Assembly: GCA_018817805.1 (NCBI GenBank)
Contig: JAHITC010000033.1
Coordinates: 1 to 41,430 of the forward strand
Reading direction: 5' to 3'
DNA: 41,430 nt
Source: Patescibacteria group bacterium
GTDB lineage: Bacteria > Patescibacteriota > Kazan-3B-28 > UBA10110
In this document: positions 8,374 through 18,060 of the stretch, in pieces
Layout of the letters: every line of letters starts with the position of its first letter
How positions within the stretch are numbered: the first letter of the stretch is position 1
Notes under the pieces: model-generated
The model's database searches: none
What the model saw: only the letters and a program-made list of their open reading frames with translations
What the model was told of the DNA's origin: nothing
Translations under genes and position numbers: made by a program

Positions 8374-8556
8374 TTATAACCCAGGAATAAGGGGTTGAGC
8401 CACTAAGTTAGTGCCCCAAAGCACTACATATGGGCCAACTGCCTGAATAATTACAATCGATACCAGAATAACTGCCAACTGACGCCAAAATGAATTAGTA
8501 AAATCGCGTTGGCGCCACGCTTCTTCACGGAACATTTTTACAAATTCTCTTTCCAT
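8374..8556 (-). CDS. hypothetical small membrane protein (60 aa)
   Basis: One TM helix. It sits 1 nt downstream of the 412-aa gene. Confidence 0.5.
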   Translation of the reverse strand: MEREFVKMFREEAWRQRDFTNSFWRQLAVILVSIVIIQAVGPYVVLWGTNLVAQPLIPGL

Positions 8557-8557
8557 T

Positions 8558-9796
8558 TTATCTCACTGGGTTAGATACTGACCCAAAGAACTTTGACCAG
8601 AAGCCAGTCGGTGGGGTTTGATCATCCCCAGCCGGTGGCGCATAATCCACCACACTGTTGATTATACCAGCTCTAGTCATATACAGTAAAGCAGAGCCAA
8701 CTCCACCTTCAGGGGCTGGCAACTCTCCCAACATTGGTATTACTCCAGAAAAAACCAAATCGTCTAAATCTTTTAACTGAGATGCATCAGCTAATCTCAT
8801 CTCCTGTAATTCCTTCAACAATTCAATGCGCAATTGTGAAGCCCTCATTTCTTTCATCGTCGATTCTAAAGACTGCGGAATATCTATATTTGGATTTTGC
8901 GTTGTATCTCTCTCCGAGCTAGTTACAGTCAAAGTAATTTTCTTACTAACAGTAGACTTATCGATGTCTTCGCCTTGTGCCAAAATAGTAAAATTATAAA
9001 TAGTGGCAGGAGTAGCGGGTGTAGTAGTTAGCCGCAGATCGGCTGTAAACGGCGCCAAACCCTGTGCAGGAGTAATTTGGGCTGTAATGCTAGGAGTTAG
9101 GTCGGCAATTGATAAATTCACCTGTGAAGCATAACTATTTGGCGAAGAAATACCAATTCGATAAACCGCTTGTCCTGAGGCATAAACAACGTGCGCAGTA
9201 GGTTGAATTACCATGTCAAAAACAGGTTTCGACAATGCTGTATCAGTCGCGGTTAGGACAATAGCATTAACTGCCCACAAATTCTCTGCTGTACCTATGC
9301 GACTAAAATCTATTTCTACAACACCATCGACAGGGGTAACACTTAAAATTACATGGTTCCATTCTCCTGGATTACTACGAATTAAATAATTTTGACCAGC
9401 ATAACTAACTTTAGTGGCCATGTTGTCTACAAAATCGCCACTAATAATTTCAGCATTATAAAGTGTGTGAGTGAGTCCGGAAACCTTGAACTTAGCCGGA
9501 TCGATACCAACGTTAGCATCTCGAAGGCGCAAATCGGCAACTGCGTTGCCGTGACTTTTAATAATGACTGGGTCTAACCAACCATGTTCGAGGCCCAAGT
9601 CGGCAGTTGGATACATCGAGCCACCCACCGAAATATATCCGGCTGCCTTGCCCCCATTGTCACCAAAATCGAATTTAACAGTCGCGTCACTGTTATCTGC
9701 TAAACTCCAGCCTACCAGCGCTATTAACACTATGCTCAACGCAATAGCAGCACGTAGTTCGCTCTTTATAATTTTAGTAAAGAAGCTAGATATCAT
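8558..9796 (-). CDS. hypothetical membrane-anchored/secreted protein (412 aa) with a beta-rich, CBM-like N-terminal domain
   Basis: N-terminal hydrophobic anchor AAIALSIVLIALVGWSLA. The FDFGDNGG...GY...HGW pattern resembles carbohydrate-binding-like modules, but no firm family was recognised. Confidence 0.6.
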   Translation of the reverse strand: MISSFFTKIIKSELRAAIALSIVLIALVGWSLADNSDATVKFDFGDNGGKAAGYISVGGSMYPTADLGLEHGWLDPVIIKSHGNAVADLRLRDANVGIDPAKFKVSGLTHTLYNAEIISGDFVDNMATKVSYAGQNYLIRSNPGEWNHVILSVTPVDGVVEIDFSRIGTAENLWAVNAIVLTATDTALSKPVFDMVIQPTAHVVYASGQAVYRIGISSPNSYASQVNLSIADLTPSITAQITPAQGLAPFTADLRLTTTPATPATIYNFTILAQGEDIDKSTVSKKITLTVTSSERDTTQNPNIDIPQSLESTMKEMRASQLRIELLKELQEMRLADASQLKDLDDLVFSGVIPMLGELPAPEGGVGSALLYMTRAGIINSVVDYAPPAGDDQTPPTGFWSKFFGSVSNPVR

Positions 9797-9820
9797 AATT
9801 CAAGGCATTTATTACCCTTA

Positions 9821-11209
9821 TTATACCAAGCTCTTTTCAGCACTAACAGCTGTTTGCACTGTTTCTTCGGGAGTAAGGTTAGTTTCTAGCGAACGGAAGA
9901 CCATCGTATCGGGGTAGAAATAGAGTTCTACTTGGCCTACGGGACCATTGCGATGCTTCGCAATAATTATATCGGCAACGTTAGGACGATCAGAACTTTT
10001 ATTGTAATAATCATCCCGGTAAATAAACATAACTACATCGGCATCTTGTTCTATAGAGCCACTTTCTCTTAAATCAGAAAGTTGCGGAATTTTATTTGGC
10101 CTCTTCTCTACTTCTCTGGAAAGCTGAGATACCGCTATGACAGGAATATTTAACTCTCTTGCAAGCCCCTTAAGTCCTCTCGAGATGTCTGAAATTTCTT
10201 GAACACGACTTTCAGATCTACCGCGACTTTCCATCAGCTGCAGATAATCGACAACCAATAGGTCTAGATTCTTTTCGGACTGCAATCTTCTAGCTTTAGT
10301 GCGCATCTCCATCACATTCATACCAGGAGAATCATCGATATAAATAGACATTTCCGAAAGCTGACTAATGGTTTCACCCATACGATTAAAATCTTCTTCG
10401 CGTAAATTACCAGTTCGAAGTCGCCAAGAATCGACCCCAGATTTAGCACTAATCAACCTATCTACCACCTGCTCCTTAGACATTTCCAAATGGAACATTC
10501 CCACCGAAAAACCAGCTGTCGCAGCATTTAAAACAAAATTAAGAGCTAGACTAGTTTTACCGATACTAGGACGCGCAGCTACAATAACTAAATCTGACTT
10601 TTGAAGTCCTGCTAAAATATTATCTAGATTTTTAAAGCCAGTTGGTATACCTCTTAGCTCTCCGCGATTGGCATGCAACTTGTCCATTCTTTCGAACGCA
10701 TCTTCCAGCACAGACTTAACTGCAATAAACCCACTTTTAAGATGCCTCTGAGAAACTGTAAATAAAGTTTGTTCAGCTTTATCAAGTAAATTGTCTACTT
10801 CGTCTTTTTGGTTGCGCCCTAAGGTCTCAATTTCGTTAGCAGCTGCGATTAACCTTCTTAAGGTAGCTTTGCTCGCCACAATGCCGGCATACCCTGCTAC
10901 ATTAGCACTGCTTGGCAAACTACTAGCCAGTTCGGATAGATAACCAGCCCCACCAATATTTTCTAATTCTTTTCTGTCTTTAAGCGAACTCGATACTGTC
11001 ACAATGTCTAGAGGTCTTTGTTTTTCGTACAAATCTAGCATTGCTTGAAAAATTGTACGATGGCGTTGTTCGTAAAAATCATCCGCCTTTACCAAGTCTG
11101 CCACTTTAATCATTGCGTCGCGATCTAAGAGCAATGATCCAAGCAAAGACTTCTCTGCATCCAGATTTTGTGGGGGAACAATTATGTTAGATGAATTTGT
11201 CTGATTCAT
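9821..11209 (-). CDS. dnaB: replicative DNA helicase DnaB
   Basis: PQNLDAEKSLLGSLL..., Walker A ARPSIGKTS, and VIAVSQLSREVE. Confidence 0.95.
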   Translation of the reverse strand: MNQTNSSNIIVPPQNLDAEKSLLGSLLLDRDAMIKVADLVKADDFYEQRHRTIFQAMLDLYEKQRPLDIVTVSSSLKDRKELENIGGAGYLSELASSLPSSANVAGYAGIVASKATLRRLIAAANEIETLGRNQKDEVDNLLDKAEQTLFTVSQRHLKSGFIAVKSVLEDAFERMDKLHANRGELRGIPTGFKNLDNILAGLQKSDLVIVAARPSIGKTSLALNFVLNAATAGFSVGMFHLEMSKEQVVDRLISAKSGVDSWRLRTGNLREEDFNRMGETISQLSEMSIYIDDSPGMNVMEMRTKARRLQSEKNLDLLVVDYLQLMESRGRSESRVQEISDISRGLKGLARELNIPVIAVSQLSREVEKRPNKIPQLSDLRESGSIEQDADVVMFIYRDDYYNKSSDRPNVADIIIAKHRNGPVGQVELYFYPDTMVFRSLETNLTPEETVQTAVSAEKSLV

Positions 11210-11212
11210 TTT

Positions 11213-12679
11213 TTAACTTTGTATTATATCAAACACTTCGGCCACCTTTTCTCTAGCTTCCTCTGTAGCACCAGCTTTAACTACTAATTCAATCTCAAGA
11301 TCTTGGCCAAAGCTTTTTAGCATTTCAGAAATAACTTGCACATTAGCCTGTTTCTTAACTATATTCTTCAAAAATTCGCTAGGCAGTTCAATAACAATCT
11401 GCTTTTCAGTACATTTAACCGTGCTACCCCGGAGCAAAGAAGCTAACGCTGAGTTGCTAGTGCTAATTTTTTGGCAGATTTGTAGCCACAAATCTTGGCT
11501 AAGAGGTGTTTGCGATGACACCGACGGTAATGTTACATCCGGCTTGGGCACTTTTGAATCTACGTTAGTGGTAGTAGGTGGAGGGACACTATGACTCGAG
11601 GGTTTAATGGCACCAAAGAGCACCATCTCCAAAGCTAGTTGTGGCATGCTGGCCACCTTGTATTGGCTATTTGCTTCTGCTAAGCGCTGTAATAAATTAA
11701 CAAATATTTTGTAATCGACACCTTTTGCTTGAATGCGCATACTAGTTTTTTCGTCTTCGCTTCTAGATATTAAGCTATCATTACCCAAGCTGACCATCAT
11801 TAGTTCTCGCACGTACACCATCCACCGCTTTAGTAATTGATTTAAATCATATCCCTGATGATAAGCCTGGCCTATAAGGTCGATACCGCGAGTAATATTT
11901 TGGCTTAGAATAGATTCTGTTAACTCTCGAACAATCTGAACATCAACAATACCCAAAAGACCTTCCAGAGTTTGTCTATCGACTTCTGTAACATTTAAGC
12001 TTGCTACCTGGTCGAGAATACTAAGAGCATCGCGCAGGCTACCTTCCGCACCTTCAGCCACTGCGGCGATAGCTTCATCAGTAATAGAGATCTCTTCTTT
12101 AGCTGCAATCTGTTTAAGATAGTTAGTAATCGCCTCCCAACCTAAATGATGAAAATCGAAATATTGGCAACGCGAGACAATAGTAGGGAGTAGTTTGTGC
12201 ACCTCTGTAGTTGCAAGAATAAAGATTGCATGAGATGGCGGCTCCTCTAGCGTCTTAAGCAAAGCATTAAAAGCATTTTTGGATAACATGTGAGCCTCAT
12301 CAATAATGTAGACCTTGTACTTACCCACTGCTGGGGCTAAATTAACTTTTTCAATTAGGCTGCGCACATCATCAACCCCAGTATGCGAAGCGGCATCAAT
12401 TTCAATCAAATCCAACATCCGCCCTTCAATTAAAGCCAAACAGTTCTGACACTTGCCACATGGTTCACCATCCTGGTTGTCTTGGCAATTAATTGCCTTG
12501 GCCAATAACCTCGCCATCGTAGTTTTACCTGTACCCCTCGGGCCAGCAAACAAATATGCATGACTAATTTTGTTAAACCGAATTTCATTAAGCAAAGTTT
12601 GCTTAACGTGATCCTGATTAACTAAATCAGAAAACTTTTGCGGTCGATATTTCCTATATAAAACCTGACTCCCTTGCAT
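11213..12679 (-). CDS. dnaX: DNA polymerase III subunit gamma/tau
   Basis: YRKYRPQKFSDLVNQ...GPRGTGKTT...Cys cluster...SRCQ. The start is set at ATG 12679, which has GGAGG just upstream. The track start at 12712 is GTG. Confidence 0.9.
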   Translation of the reverse strand: MQGSQVLYRKYRPQKFSDLVNQDHVKQTLLNEIRFNKISHAYLFAGPRGTGKTTMARLLAKAINCQDNQDGEPCGKCQNCLALIEGRMLDLIEIDAASHTGVDDVRSLIEKVNLAPAVGKYKVYIIDEAHMLSKNAFNALLKTLEEPPSHAIFILATTEVHKLLPTIVSRCQYFDFHHLGWEAITNYLKQIAAKEEISITDEAIAAVAEGAEGSLRDALSILDQVASLNVTEVDRQTLEGLLGIVDVQIVRELTESILSQNITRGIDLIGQAYHQGYDLNQLLKRWMVYVRELMMVSLGNDSLISRSEDEKTSMRIQAKGVDYKIFVNLLQRLAEANSQYKVASMPQLALEMVLFGAIKPSSHSVPPPTTTNVDSKVPKPDVTLPSVSSQTPLSQDLWLQICQKISTSNSALASLLRGSTVKCTEKQIVIELPSEFLKNIVKKQANVQVISEMLKSFGQDLEIELVVKAGATEEAREKVAEVFDIIQS

Positions 12680-12736
12680 GTGCCTCCTAAATGCTACTTC
12701 CCATAATAGCACAGTCGCATATGGGCAGAAGGCAGA

Positions 12737-13621
12737 TTATTTATAATAAATTCTATCTTCTATCCGCAAATCCACGTACTGGCGAGGCGGACTCTCGATA
12801 TTTGCCTTTAACACTCTAACTAAATTATTCAGCTGAGTTTCAGAACTTCTAGTGGTGTCCAAAATTATTGTCCAACCATCAGAAGTCACTACTTCTATCT
12901 CGAAAGTAGTTTCAGGCACTAGTATCCTTCTAGCTACTAAATTAGTTTTGCGAGGGAGATTTGCCACTATTGAAGTTACGAACTCGATGAAATCAGTGGT
13001 TATAATTTTTTGGTTTAAATTAATCGGTACATTTTTTAAATCTTCTACAATAGCTAGTGGACTATTATCTGGCGCTATATCATAAACTACCCCAAATCGA
13101 TTAACCATAAATCTTTGGTTGTTGGTTTGCCAAACGATAGTAGTTTCGTGTTCTTCTACCGTAATTAATAAGTTTTTACTAAAAATTTGTTTACTAAACT
13201 TAACAGTCTTAATCTGCGGTATCGCTAAAATCTGTTTTTTGGCCTTGCTATCATTAAAAATTAAAGCGTTAACCGGGCTAAACCCATCTTTAAAAATTAC
13301 GTTTTCTATATCGCTAGCTACAACTAGATGGCTCCCCTCAATCTCTAATTTATTAAGCACTAGTAGTTGTGACCCAAGTAAGAGATATACAAGTAATATT
13401 AAAACCACCCCTAGCCCAACCTTAAACATTGGACCAGACACAGCCTTAAAGGGACGTGGCTTTATCTTTGGTTCCCAGAATAATTTACGAATCTTTTTGA
13501 CACGGTTACCAATAATCTCTGGTCGAGTAGTATAAAAAGATACCTTCGGCTCGGGTTTATCTGGCCGTTCTTTTTTCTTTAACCAATCTAATGCAAAGCC
13601 CGGTTTAATCATCTCCCCCAA
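12737..13621 (-). CDS. ftsQ: cell division protein FtsQ/DivIB-like (POTRA)
   Basis: A single TM helix followed by a POTRA-like domain, positioned after murC. Confidence 0.7.
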   Translation of the reverse strand: MGEMIKPGFALDWLKKKERPDKPEPKVSFYTTRPEIIGNRVKKIRKLFWEPKIKPRPFKAVSGPMFKVGLGVVLILLVYLLLGSQLLVLNKLEIEGSHLVVASDIENVIFKDGFSPVNALIFNDSKAKKQILAIPQIKTVKFSKQIFSKNLLITVEEHETTIVWQTNNQRFMVNRFGVVYDIAPDNSPLAIVEDLKNVPINLNQKIITTDFIEFVTSIVANLPRKTNLVARRILVPETTFEIEVVTSDGWTIILDTTRSSETQLNNLVRVLKANIESPPRQYVDLRIEDRIYYK

Positions 13622-13627
13622 TTATAT

Positions 13628-15010
13628 TTAATATTGATGATAAAAATCATTAATCCAATCACTGTTTTTACCAGCCCCAACTGATAAAACAACGTCTCCA
13701 TCTTGCAGATTTTCTTTAAGATATTTGGAAATAGTAGCAAAACTATCAAACAATTTAGCGTTATGACTAATTAAATTAATTTTACTAACTAAATCTTCTG
13801 TACTAATCGAGCGAAGATCTTCGGCACTGTCTCTCACGGGTAAAATTGGAGCTACTAACACTTCACCAGCATCCACAAAACTTTTACCAAAATCGTTAAT
13901 TAGTAGCTTTGTCCGACTATATTGATGGGCCTGAAAGACAACTCTAATTTTTCTACCAGAGAAAAACTCGCTCGCTGAGGACAAGACAGCTTGGATTTCG
14001 GTAGGATGGTGCGCATAATCATCAACAAAAGTAACCCCGCGCGCATCACCTAAAATCTCAAACCTTCTTTGAGCTCCACTAAAATCTGCCAATACCGTTT
14101 TAATTACCTCATCTTTTACCCCGACATGCCGCGCAACGATTATGGCTGCTAGTGCGTCTAAAATAAGATGTTTGCCTGGAAGTCTTAATGCAAAAACTTG
14201 ATCAAGCAACTTAAATTGGGTCTTGCCATCTTTAGTCATCGTTATCTCCGCCCGCATATCATTAGATTCATCAAAACCAAATGTAACAACTTTAGCATTA
14301 GCATCTTTCAATATTTCTTTTACATTTTCATCATCACCACAAGCTACTACTAACCCATATTGAGGTACCAAGGAGATAAACTCTCTAAATGCCTGCTTAA
14401 TCTCATCAAGGTCTTTGTAATAATCCAAATGATCAGCTTCAATATTAGTTACTACCGCAATAGTCGGTTTCATATCTAAAAATGAACGATCGTATTCACA
14501 GGCCTCTACTACCATTTGTTCTCCTCCCCCATATATCCCAGCACCCGAAAGCGTTTTAACTTCTGCCCCAATTAATGCGCTTGGTTCTAGCCCTGCTTGC
14601 TGCAGAATTAGAGTCATTAATGTAGAAGTAGTAGTTTTTCCATGAGTGCCAGACACAGCAATGCCTACCTTATTAGCCATTAATTGACCAATAAAGACTG
14701 AACGTTGGGTCACGGGAGCTCCAAGCTCCATCGCTTTCATTAATTCTGGATGGGTAGAAACTGGTGAAAAATATGCCTTAATTGCCGAAGTATAGATAAG
14801 CTCATCGGTATTATCTGGTACATTATCAGCTTTGTGCTTACCGATAATTACTTTTATGCCCTTATCCTCTAGGCGCTTCCTCTCTATAAAATCGTCCATA
14901 TTCGAACCTGTAATCTGATGCCCCATACCAAGCAACAGGTCTGCCAGTGCCTGCATACCAATGCCACCTATCCCCACCATAAAATAATGCTTGGGAGTAA
15001 TTTTATCCAT
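13628..15010 (-). CDS. murC: UDP-N-acetylmuramate--L-alanine ligase
   Basis: GIGGIGMQALA, GTHGKTTT and DDYAHHPTE. Confidence 0.95.
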   Translation of the reverse strand: MDKITPKHYFMVGIGGIGMQALADLLLGMGHQITGSNMDDFIERKRLEDKGIKVIIGKHKADNVPDNTDELIYTSAIKAYFSPVSTHPELMKAMELGAPVTQRSVFIGQLMANKVGIAVSGTHGKTTTSTLMTLILQQAGLEPSALIGAEVKTLSGAGIYGGGEQMVVEACEYDRSFLDMKPTIAVVTNIEADHLDYYKDLDEIKQAFREFISLVPQYGLVVACGDDENVKEILKDANAKVVTFGFDESNDMRAEITMTKDGKTQFKLLDQVFALRLPGKHLILDALAAIIVARHVGVKDEVIKTVLADFSGAQRRFEILGDARGVTFVDDYAHHPTEIQAVLSSASEFFSGRKIRVVFQAHQYSRTKLLINDFGKSFVDAGEVLVAPILPVRDSAEDLRSISTEDLVSKINLISHNAKLFDSFATISKYLKENLQDGDVVLSVGAGKNSDWINDFYHQY

Positions 15011-15033
15011 CTCACCTATTGTATAACAAACCC

Positions 15034-15702
15034 CTAAGAGGTAGGAGTCGATGTAATAAATTCGTGAATAGCAAAGAGTTTACCTTCGTAATCTACAACC
15101 CCATCGACAAATCTACCTCTAATTTCCACATCCTTGCCACTATCCTTAGATTCTTTAATTTTTAAGCGAATTCCTGGATCTCCTATATTGTCTTGAGTGT
15201 ATGGAGCGATGCCAAACTTTTGACCATCATTACTTTCGAAATAATCATCATATTTATCGCCAGCAGGTAATGACTTAATTTTGCCAGTTAAAGTAATGAG
15301 GCCATCATCTGGGTTTCCATTAATGCTAATATTAAATGAATTAGCTACTTTAGATTTATCCCATGATTTAACATATTGCATTCTGATACGCGATCGTTCT
15401 ATGCTAACAACTTTAAACGTCCATATTTCTTCTCCTCCAGCCCCTACAACATCACTACCCTCATATTTCTTAGATAACTTATATTCGTTCTTCACCTCTT
15501 CAATGGAGCTCGAAGTTAGGTCACTAACTTCCCATTTATATCCAGTAGTCTGGTTCGACGGTAAGAGTATCTGAAACTGTTGATCAATAGCAAATGTATA
15601 ATCTTGACCTTGATTATCTATGGTAATCTGAGGCAAGTTGCTTTGACTACCGCAGCCGCTTAGTAATATTATCGCCAATAAGCAAAAAGATAATTTTTTC
15701 AT
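15034..15702 (-). CDS. lipoprotein with chagasin/ICP-type (I42) peptidase-inhibitor domain
   Basis: Lipobox LLSGC. LLPSNQTTGYKWEV matches the NPTTGY-x-W signature of I42 inhibitors. Confidence 0.6.
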   Translation of the reverse strand: MKKLSFCLLAIILLSGCGSQSNLPQITIDNQGQDYTFAIDQQFQILLPSNQTTGYKWEVSDLTSSSIEEVKNEYKLSKKYEGSDVVGAGGEEIWTFKVVSIERSRIRMQYVKSWDKSKVANSFNISINGNPDDGLITLTGKIKSLPAGDKYDDYFESNDGQKFGIAPYTQDNIGDPGIRLKIKESKDSGKDVEIRGRFVDGVVDYEGKLFAIHEFITSTPTS

Positions 15703-15732
15703 TAATAAGTTGTTTATTCTATACGTCTATAA

Positions 15733-16494
15733 TTATCTATTAACTTTAAGGTCTTTGAAAGCGGCGCGATAAGTACAGAAATCGCAATCTGGATCGGCAG
15801 GGGGAACTTTGTCCGACATTAAACATGCCTTAATATCTGTAAGCGCTTTTTCTATCCAACCAGTACCCCCAACATAAGGGATTAATTTAATATCAAATTC
15901 CAATTTACCATCAAAGGCTTTGGCATCTCGCTTGCCATTACAATATACAAAATAGCTAGTATTCGACACCTTAAATCCGTTTTGTCGGAATAACCACTGA
16001 TACACCTCCATCTGCCGCTTATAAGCTATCTGCCACTCGGCATCTAGCGTTACTTCCTGGTCTTTAGCGGTCGCCTTGTAATCCACAATAATTAGTTCAC
16101 CCTCAGGATTTACCCAAACATCATCTATCCCTCCGGATAAAATTAGATTTGTTGGCTGATGCAAATATTGGATGCCGTGGCGTAATGAATCGCGCCATTT
16201 ATCCATCTCCGCATGCTGATAAGGTACCGCATCAATACCATAAGCCTCCATCATTGGATGAGTTGTCTGTTTTATTCTGTGAATATCAAATTCTTTTTTT
16301 AAAAGATGATCTACTGCCGAGTTAAGCGTAAATGGATAAGAAGGAGGTACATCAATACCTAGTCGTCTATCTATATAAAAACAACGGGGGCATTTCATAA
16401 AATTGTCCACTTTAGAACGACTAAGCTTAAACGATTCCGTCGATTTGGGATCGAATAAACGCGTTGTACGTCTGCCACGATAATATTTAGACAT
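15733..16494 (-). CDS. PD-(D/E)XK (Cas4/RecB-like) nuclease family protein with four Cys
   Basis: GGIDDVW...LIIVDYKAT core, with CPRC near the N-terminus and CDFC near the C-terminus. Confidence 0.65.
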   Translation of the reverse strand: MSKYYRGRRTTRLFDPKSTESFKLSRSKVDNFMKCPRCFYIDRRLGIDVPPSYPFTLNSAVDHLLKKEFDIHRIKQTTHPMMEAYGIDAVPYQHAEMDKWRDSLRHGIQYLHQPTNLILSGGIDDVWVNPEGELIIVDYKATAKDQEVTLDAEWQIAYKRQMEVYQWLFRQNGFKVSNTSYFVYCNGKRDAKAFDGKLEFDIKLIPYVGGTGWIEKALTDIKACLMSDKVPPADPDCDFCTYRAAFKDLKVNR

Positions 16495-16509
16495 AAACTA
16501 ACCTTTCTT

Positions 16510-17184
16510 TCAGTTTATTCTAACATTCAGAAGGTCATTTGACGATTTAACAGAGCTCAAATCAATTGCCTGATTAAAAGAATACTGACCTATTTGTGTT
16601 CTGAATAACTTAGACAAATAAGCTCCGGTTTTTAGATTAGTGCCAATATCGTATGCCAGCGATCGAATATATGTACCAGCCGAAACCATAACCTTAAACT
16701 CAATTTCCGGATAATGATACTTGATTAAATCTATCGATTTAATTTGGACCTTAACCGACTTCATCACAACTTCCTTGCCCGCACGAGCTAACTCATATGC
16801 CTTTTTTCCTTTAATTTTCTTTGCAGAAAATATTGGCGGCATCTGTTCTTGCCAACCGATAAAATTAGTTAAAACTTTTTTTGCTTCTTCAACATCTGGC
16901 TCTCTGTCAGAAACAGGTGACAACTCCCCTTCTGCGTCATAAGTAGTGCTATTCTTTCCTAGCGTTAGTGTTGCCAAATATTCTTTTTCAAGCTCACTAA
17001 ACTTAGAAATTTGTTTAGTAAACTCCCTCCCAATCGCTATAATCATCAGCCCTGAAGCCATTGGATCTAGCGTACCAGCATGACCAATGGTTTTTTCGCC
17101 AGTTATCTTGCGCAAATAACCGACCACATCATGTGAAGTGATGCCAATAGGTTTATTAATTAAAAATAATCCGGTTATTGACAC
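16510..17184 (-). CDS. truB: tRNA pseudouridine(55) synthase
   Basis: KPIGITSHDVV...GHAGTLDPMASGL. Confidence 0.95.
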   Translation of the reverse strand: MSITGLFLINKPIGITSHDVVGYLRKITGEKTIGHAGTLDPMASGLMIIAIGREFTKQISKFSELEKEYLATLTLGKNSTTYDAEGELSPVSDREPDVEEAKKVLTNFIGWQEQMPPIFSAKKIKGKKAYELARAGKEVVMKSVKVQIKSIDLIKYHYPEIEFKVMVSAGTYIRSLAYDIGTNLKTGAYLSKLFRTQIGQYSFNQAIDLSSVKSSNDLLNVRIN

Positions 17185-17615
17185 GTTCGCTCAAATTGAT
17201 CGACACCAATAATCTCACCAGAGTTGGATGTTAGCTCATCATACTGGTCGTCGCTAATAGCCATTGTAACCTTGTCTTTTTGCACTACTACCTGAATAGT
17301 ATGGTTAGTTTTTTGGCCATCAGGAGATTTACCTTTGCGATTACCATAACCACTACTTGCAGCGCTAAACTTAAATTCGTACATCCAAGCATATTGGCAC
17401 CTTAAACTAGTAGATTGCATAAATTGCAGATCTGTACCATCAAAGACAAATGTTGGCGAATTATATTTCACCCAATTTTCAGCCACAATTCGAGAAGAAT
17501 CCTGGGTATATTTCGAATTAGCTTTATTTCCACTAGTAAAATTAATACTACAACCAGTAAGGGTTACTGTTATTACAATTAACAACACTAATAAATATTG
17601 AAACTTATATTTCAT
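17175..17615 (-). CDS. hypothetical lipoprotein (146 aa)
   Basis: Signal peptide with lipobox LTGC. Confidence 0.65.
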   Translation of the reverse strand: MKYKFQYLLVLLIVITVTLTGCSINFTSGNKANSKYTQDSSRIVAENWVKYNSPTFVFDGTDLQFMQSTSLRCQYAWMYEFKFSAASSGYGNRKGKSPDGQKTNHTIQVVVQKDKVTMAISDDQYDELTSNSGEIIGVDQFERTCQ

Positions 17616-17640
17616 AACTGACTAAATTATACATCACGCA

Positions 17641-17670
17641 TGAAAAGACCCGCGACAAAGCCGCGGGCTT
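17641..17670 (-). terminator. intrinsic terminator ending the ORF-free locus
   Basis: Minus strand GCCCGCG-GCTTTGT-CGCGGGT followed by CTTTTC. There is no minus-strand CDS upstream of it before 19468. Confidence 0.65.
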
Positions 17671-18060
17671 CGGGGCAGAGCACTACCCCGCTAATTGATT
17701 AAACCAACCTCTCTCAATCGACTACAACACTAAACAACGTGTAACTACATTGTGACGTTTTAAGTCACTGATCAACAGAACACAACGGTGGCAAGTGTTA
17801 TTTGCCCATTAGAAGCATGATCTCGACTAATAAATGTGATGGAATTAGAATTATGGACTTCTAATCCTTACATGAATTAGATCTTTAGATCACCTCCTTG
17901 CGTCACCGTCTAGGGGGTCGGTGACGTTTCACCTTGTACTGAGGGTTATTAGATCTCCGCACAATTCTAGGCGGAGGATTTGTCATCTTCTTTGTGCTTG
18001 TGCCCTTATCTTTAGTGACACCTCCATCGATAGGAATATTTATAAAGGTACTTCTTTGCG
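17641..18060 (-). ncRNA. candidate structured non-coding RNA or long cis-regulatory leader of unknown class (5' end uncertain)
   Basis: No ORF longer than 27 codons on the minus strand. Hairpins at 17671-17690, 17841-17867, 17901-17926 (8-bp perfect stem) and 17955-17976. Terminator at 17641-17670. TATAAT boxes on the minus strand at 18061-18071. Confidence 0.4.

Noticed and set aside
11744-11755. The A6 run (GAA AAA ACT) in dnaX as a programmed -1 frameshift site producing gamma.
   Set aside because: It is not an X XXY YYZ heptamer in the zero frame, and I could not identify a downstream stem-loop.
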